Shown here one piece after another: positions 35,909 through 38,989 of a stretch of 38,989 nt of DNA. The notes under the pieces were generated by a model. The model had not been told where the DNA came from, did not search any database, and saw only the letters and a list, made by a program, of their open reading frames with translations. Position numbers and translations under genes: made by a program. This stretch comes from a virus, in the IMG/VR virus record IMGVR_UViG_3300033128_000043, positions 79,639 to 118,627 of that record, one strand, 5' to 3'. Numbering within the stretch: position 1 is the stretch's first letter; every line of letters begins with the position of its first letter.

Positions 35909-36136
35909 ATGAAATTGAAAGCAGGCGAATTAACCAATGAACACGTGGGGCTTAGTGTAAACATCAGTGACTCATTTGTTACACATAAAGGGGCCATCCA
36001 CAAAGTGTCAACGGACTACATTTACTTGAATGCTTCTCTGGATCGTTCTTTACCTAGAATCATTAGACTGGACAAGCGAGTAATGAGGAATGAAACAACA
36101 ACTGTTTATGTAAAGGGTGGTGACGATAATGCGTGA
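35909..36136 (+). CDS. small hypothetical protein (predicted beta-barrel)
   Basis: GAGGAGGTG RBS before ATG 35909. Confidence 0.7.
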   Translation: MKLKAGELTNEHVGLSVNISDSFVTHKGAIHKVSTDYIYLNASLDRSLPRIIRLDKRVMRNETTTVYVKGGDDNA

Positions 36137-36344
36137 TTGGAGTGCTAGGCCAGTGGTGGACATTAATAATTACATTGATCGGGCAGTATTGATCATTTGT
36201 GAGGATGGTGCCTTCGAAGGTGGTCTGAAAGAAATTACTGAATCATCCTTGCATATTGAAGTGAATCAAGGGAGTGTCATTTCAGTGGATAAAGAAGTAC
36301 TGGAAAATGAATTAACTGAATTGTATGTGTCTAGTGAAAATTAG
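36129..36344 (+). CDS. small hypothetical protein, possible paralog of the upstream gene
   Basis: Coupled start, GGGTGGTG RBS. Confidence 0.65.
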   Translation: MRDWSARPVVDINNYIDRAVLIICEDGAFEGGLKEITESSLHIEVNQGSVISVDKEVLENELTELYVSSEN

Positions 36345-36384
36345 TGCGCTGCGTGCTGCAGCGTTCTTTTTGGGGGATTGAACT

Positions 36385-36624
36385 ATGGTAGAAGGTCTAT
36401 ATGAACAAATGGATCGTGCTATTGGTCGGGAAGCAACTTATTTGGGTGTTGTCTATTCGTTACCTTCTGGGCTGCTACTGGTCAATTCTTTTGAATCCGG
36501 TGGTGAAAAGACAATGTATCTCTGTGAATTTATTCCGGCCGATACGTATAAGGAAATATTCTCGTTTACAGCGATTGGTCTTTATGAGTTCCTGGAAGAG
36601 TTGAAGTACTATGGCATTATTTGA
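36385..36624 (+). CDS. hypothetical protein
   Basis: GGGGGA RBS, 79 aa. Confidence 0.6.
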   Translation: MVEGLYEQMDRAIGREATYLGVVYSLPSGLLLVNSFESGGEKTMYLCEFIPADTYKEIFSFTAIGLYEFLEELKYYGII

Positions 36625-36737
36625 TGTTTGAGTAGGTGCTTAAGAGGAACGGGAGGTAATTTTGCGATATGTGGTACAATTGATGTAGAGGTTATAGAGA
36701 GGCTGGCTAAACCACCCAGAAAGGAGTGGAATGCCCA

Positions 36738-36824
36738 ATGTCTTTATTCGAAACGCTATACATAATTGTATCTTGTGCGTCACTTTATGTTTCTGTTTGT
36801 AAAAATAAGTGTGAATGCAAATAG
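36738..36824 (+). CDS. BsrE/BsrG/BsrH-like type I toxin (28 aa), not in ORF track
   Basis: AAAGGAG RBS; MSLFETLYIIVSCASLYVSVCKNKCECK; leader GGCTGGCT complementary to AGCCAGCC near 36955; TG-TACAAT promoter ~36675. Confidence 0.68.
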   Translation: MSLFETLYIIVSCASLYVSVCKNKCECK

Positions 36825-37022
36825 GTCATCCCTTGACCCTGGTAAGTTCGTAGGGATAACCTATTTCCTGTTTAGCTTCACCATGTAATTCAGCCACCCT
36901 TGACCTCTGCAAAAGTAAAAGGGGAAGTCTGTCCTTGTTGCTTCACCTGATTTAAGCCAGCCCCTTGAAGGGCCTCATTGTACATTGCCAGGATGTTGAC
37001 GCATCTTGGCTTTTTTCTATAT
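36815..37022 (-). ncRNA. Antisense antitoxin RNA (SR4/SR5-like)
   Basis: TG.TATAAT at 37034-37029 on the minus strand; convergent over the toxin 3' UTR; hairpin AATAGGT.ATCCCT/AGGGAT.ACCTATT. Confidence 0.6.
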
Positions 37023-37242
37023 AAGTGGATTATATCACATGGGGTGTGTAATTGCATCAAGCCACTGGTTTTTCTCAAATTAAGCAAATTAATGTAAAAT
37101 TAACTTACCTTTTCGTCAGTGTAGATGTTATAATACCCATATTATGGTGTAAAGGAGGTGCAGATACGCTGCTTGTTGTGTCTTTTGGCCAACACCTTAG
37201 ACTCACATCCTAGATTTAATCATTAGAAGGAGTGAGTATCGA

Positions 37243-38058
37243 ATGAAAAAGTTCTTAATCCTATTCAGTGTTTTCTTTTTGACGGCTGCCCTTGCCCCAG
37301 CAAGCAATGCGGCAGGTGCATTAGCTGTTAATCAGAAGGTAAATTCAATCGATGAATTGCAGCGAGAGTTAGTGTCTACTTTAAAGCTAACCAACCCGCA
37401 AAGTGAGGATCAATTAGAGCAAGCTATTGAATCAGTTACACGTAATGCAGATGATTCGCTTTTGGCAGACTACTACAACACCACACAAAGCAAGACAATT
37501 CTACCTAACACCGCAGATAACGCTGATCTTAACCTTGATGAGTACGTGGATGATAACAGTGCTCTTGGAGAGTTTCAGCGCCACGAAATAAACAATGATT
37601 TGACTGTCATCACCACTAATAGTCCAGTTTTTTTCATTCACCAAACGACAGCAGAAAATACTCCAGAAGCTAAGGATGATTTTGATGCCGCAGCTAAAAA
37701 GAAGAAATACAAAAACACCAAGACCTATACCAGTACCTACACTGCAAGAAATTTTCTAAACATGAAACTATTCACTGTGAAATCGAAGGGTTATTTTCAG
37801 TACAACGGTAGTGATGTTAAAGCGAAGTTAAATGATGCCTGGTACAACAAGGCTTTTCTATCCATTTGGCAAGTATCAAACTGGAAAAAAGGGACATACA
37901 AGAAAGGGAAAAATTACGCCGAGGTATACGGTAGAGGGAATTTCCACTTCGGCCTAGAAATACAAGGATATGGTCTAGTTGTGCAGGACCAGTACATCAA
38001 GGTCTTCCTGACTGCCAACAAAAAAGGAAGCGTTTGGAGAAAATATAGCGTTAAGTAG
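37243..38058 (+). CDS. Secreted protein: signal peptide, acidic pro-region, basic C-terminal domain
   Basis: MKKFLILFSVFFLTAALAPASNAA signal; sharp charge switch at AAAKKKK. Confidence 0.8.
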   Translation: MKKFLILFSVFFLTAALAPASNAAGALAVNQKVNSIDELQRELVSTLKLTNPQSEDQLEQAIESVTRNADDSLLADYYNTTQSKTILPNTADNADLNLDEYVDDNSALGEFQRHEINNDLTVITTNSPVFFIHQTTAENTPEAKDDFDAAAKKKKYKNTKTYTSTYTARNFLNMKLFTVKSKGYFQYNGSDVKAKLNDAWYNKAFLSIWQVSNWKKGTYKKGKNYAEVYGRGNFHFGLEIQGYGLVVQDQYIKVFLTANKKGSVWRKYSVK

Positions 38059-38092
38059 TGAATAGACTAATATTGAAAGGTGGTGAGACAAG

Positions 38093-38287
38093 ATGAAGAG
38101 ATTCTTTTTATCAAAAGCTTTTTTGATTTCTTTTATTGCTGCAGTCTTATTCCTTGGGATTCAGGTGAATAAAGAGGGAGCGGATACTGTAATTGTAGTG
38201 AACATCCTGGTTATTGGCCTGGTAGTTGGTATAATCGTTGCAGCAATAGCACGCCTTTTTTCCAGGCTTCGGTCGGTGAATGGGTAA
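38093..38287 (+). CDS. small 2-TM membrane protein (possible immunity protein)
   Basis: AAAGGTGGTG RBS; two hydrophobic segments. Confidence 0.7.
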   Translation: MKRFFLSKAFLISFIAAVLFLGIQVNKEGADTVIVVNILVIGLVVGIIVAAIARLFSRLRSVNG

Positions 38288-38289
38288 AT

Positions 38290-38318
38290 AAAAAAAGCCC
38301 CTGCAATTAGGGGCTTTT
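38290..38318. terminator. Bidirectional intrinsic terminator
   Basis: AAAAAAGCCCCT-GCAATT-AGGGGCTTTT between convergent genes. Confidence 0.8.
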
Positions 38319-38324
38319 GATTTA

Positions 38325-38989
38325 TTAACGTAACAATTGAAGTACGTTTTGTGGTTGTTGGTTAGCTTGTGCAAGCATTGCTTGAGAAGCTTGAGAAAGA
38401 ATGTTGTTCTTAGTGAACTCACTCATTTCTTTCGCCATGTCAACGTCACGGATACGAGACTCAGCAGCTGTTAAGTTTTCACCAGAAGCACCAAGGTTGT
38501 TGATTGTGTGCTCTAGACGGTTTTGGACTGCACCAAGTTTAGAACGTTGTGCAGAAACTTGTTTAATTGCTTCATCAATAACTTTTAATTGCTCATCGAA
38601 TCCGCCTGCTGCGTCAGCTGCAGTTGCTTCAAATTTAGTTACATCGATATCTTTAACGGATTGACCAGTCGTAATTCCACCAGTACCGTTAGAAACGCCC
38701 AAAGCATCAGCACCCATATCTTGGATGTTCACTTTAATTTGTTGTGTAGCATTTGCACCAATTTGGAAAACTAAAGATGGATCAGTATCAGGATCAGCTG
38801 GTGTAGATGCTTTAAAAGAACCATTCAATAATTTCTTACCGTTGAATTCAGTACGATCAGAGATTCCATCAACCTCTTCTTGTAATGCTTTAATTTCGTC
38901 TTGGATTGCACCAAGATCTGTATCATCTTGTGTACCAGTGTTTCCAGCTTGAACAACTAGTTCACGAACACGTTGAAGGATTGAGTGAG
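38325..38989 (-). CDS. hag: Flagellin, 5' end outside window
   Basis: Open from the window edge: HSILQRVRELVVQAGNTGTQ...RTEFNGKKLL...QRSKLGAVQNRLEHTINNL...AESRIRDVDMAKEMSEFTKNNILSQASQAMLAQANQQPQNVLQLLR, closely matching B. subtilis Hag. Confidence 0.97.
   Translation of the reverse strand, partial: HSILQRVRELVVQAGNTGTQDDTDLGAIQDEIKALQEEVDGISDRTEFNGKKLLNGSFKASTPADPDTDPSLVFQIGANATQQIKVNIQDMGADALGVSNGTGGITTGQSVKDIDVTKFEATAADAAGGFDEQLKVIDEAIKQVSAQRSKLGAVQNRLEHTINNLGASGENLTAAESRIRDVDMAKEMSEFTKNNILSQASQAMLAQANQQPQNVLQLLR

Larger units (their letters stand above)
1..38290. mobile_element. Segment of a large Bacillus phage-plasmid / plasmid-like prophage (boundaries not visible)
   Basis: Phage lytic replication genes (PolA, primase, DnaB, loader, gp32-like SSB, ligase, Xpf-like) co-occur with a ParA/RHH/Rep-iteron replicon and type I TA loci; no housekeeping genes except the flagellin at the right edge. 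Confidence 0.8.

Noticed and set aside
36890-37087. 65-aa minus-strand ORF
   Set aside because: Spans the predicted antitoxin promoter and RNA; no RBS
38147-38952. ORFs antisense to or overlapping the flagellin and the membrane gene
   Set aside because: Shadow frames of real genes

Overview
Most of the window (1 to about 38,290) is part of a large Bacillus mobile element that looks like a temperate phage-plasmid. No virion or integrase genes are visible here. From 1 to about 26,060 (minus strand) is a phage-type DNA replication and early module: PD-(D/E)XK nuclease, HD hydrolase, ATP-dependent ligase, Xpf-like sigma-region-4 activator, family A polymerase, gp32-like SSB with a long Q/G/P/F low-complexity tail, ECF-like sigma factor, primase, DnaB helicase, DnaC-like loader, HTH initiator, adenine methyltransferase, SNF2 helicase and several XRE regulators. 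From 26,231 to 29,071 is a plasmid maintenance module: ParA, a small RHH-like partner, a Rep gene with internal iterons, a counter-transcribed RNA and four DnaA boxes. From 29,158 to 34,700 is an AT-rich block of sigmaA-driven unknown genes, one with an LPD29-like domain. A ~1.1-kb non-coding region with a dif/Xer-like palindrome follows, then a BsrE/G/H-like type I TA locus, a secreted protein plus small membrane protein pair, and the 3' part of a B. subtilis-like flagellin. A YonT/SR6-like type I TA locus lies at about 19 kb. The most striking uncatalogued signals are: seven copies of a non-host promoter motif (TGCAAC-N17-YACT) in front of replication genes, which with a LexA box suggests an SOS-to-phage-sigma-to-Xpf cascade; the prion-like SSB tail; an apparently catalytically dead dUTPase; a three-copy operator; dispersed 4-bp-periodic candidate centromere arrays; and a flagellin directly abutting the element. 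All family assignments come from motif recognition by eye, not from database searches.
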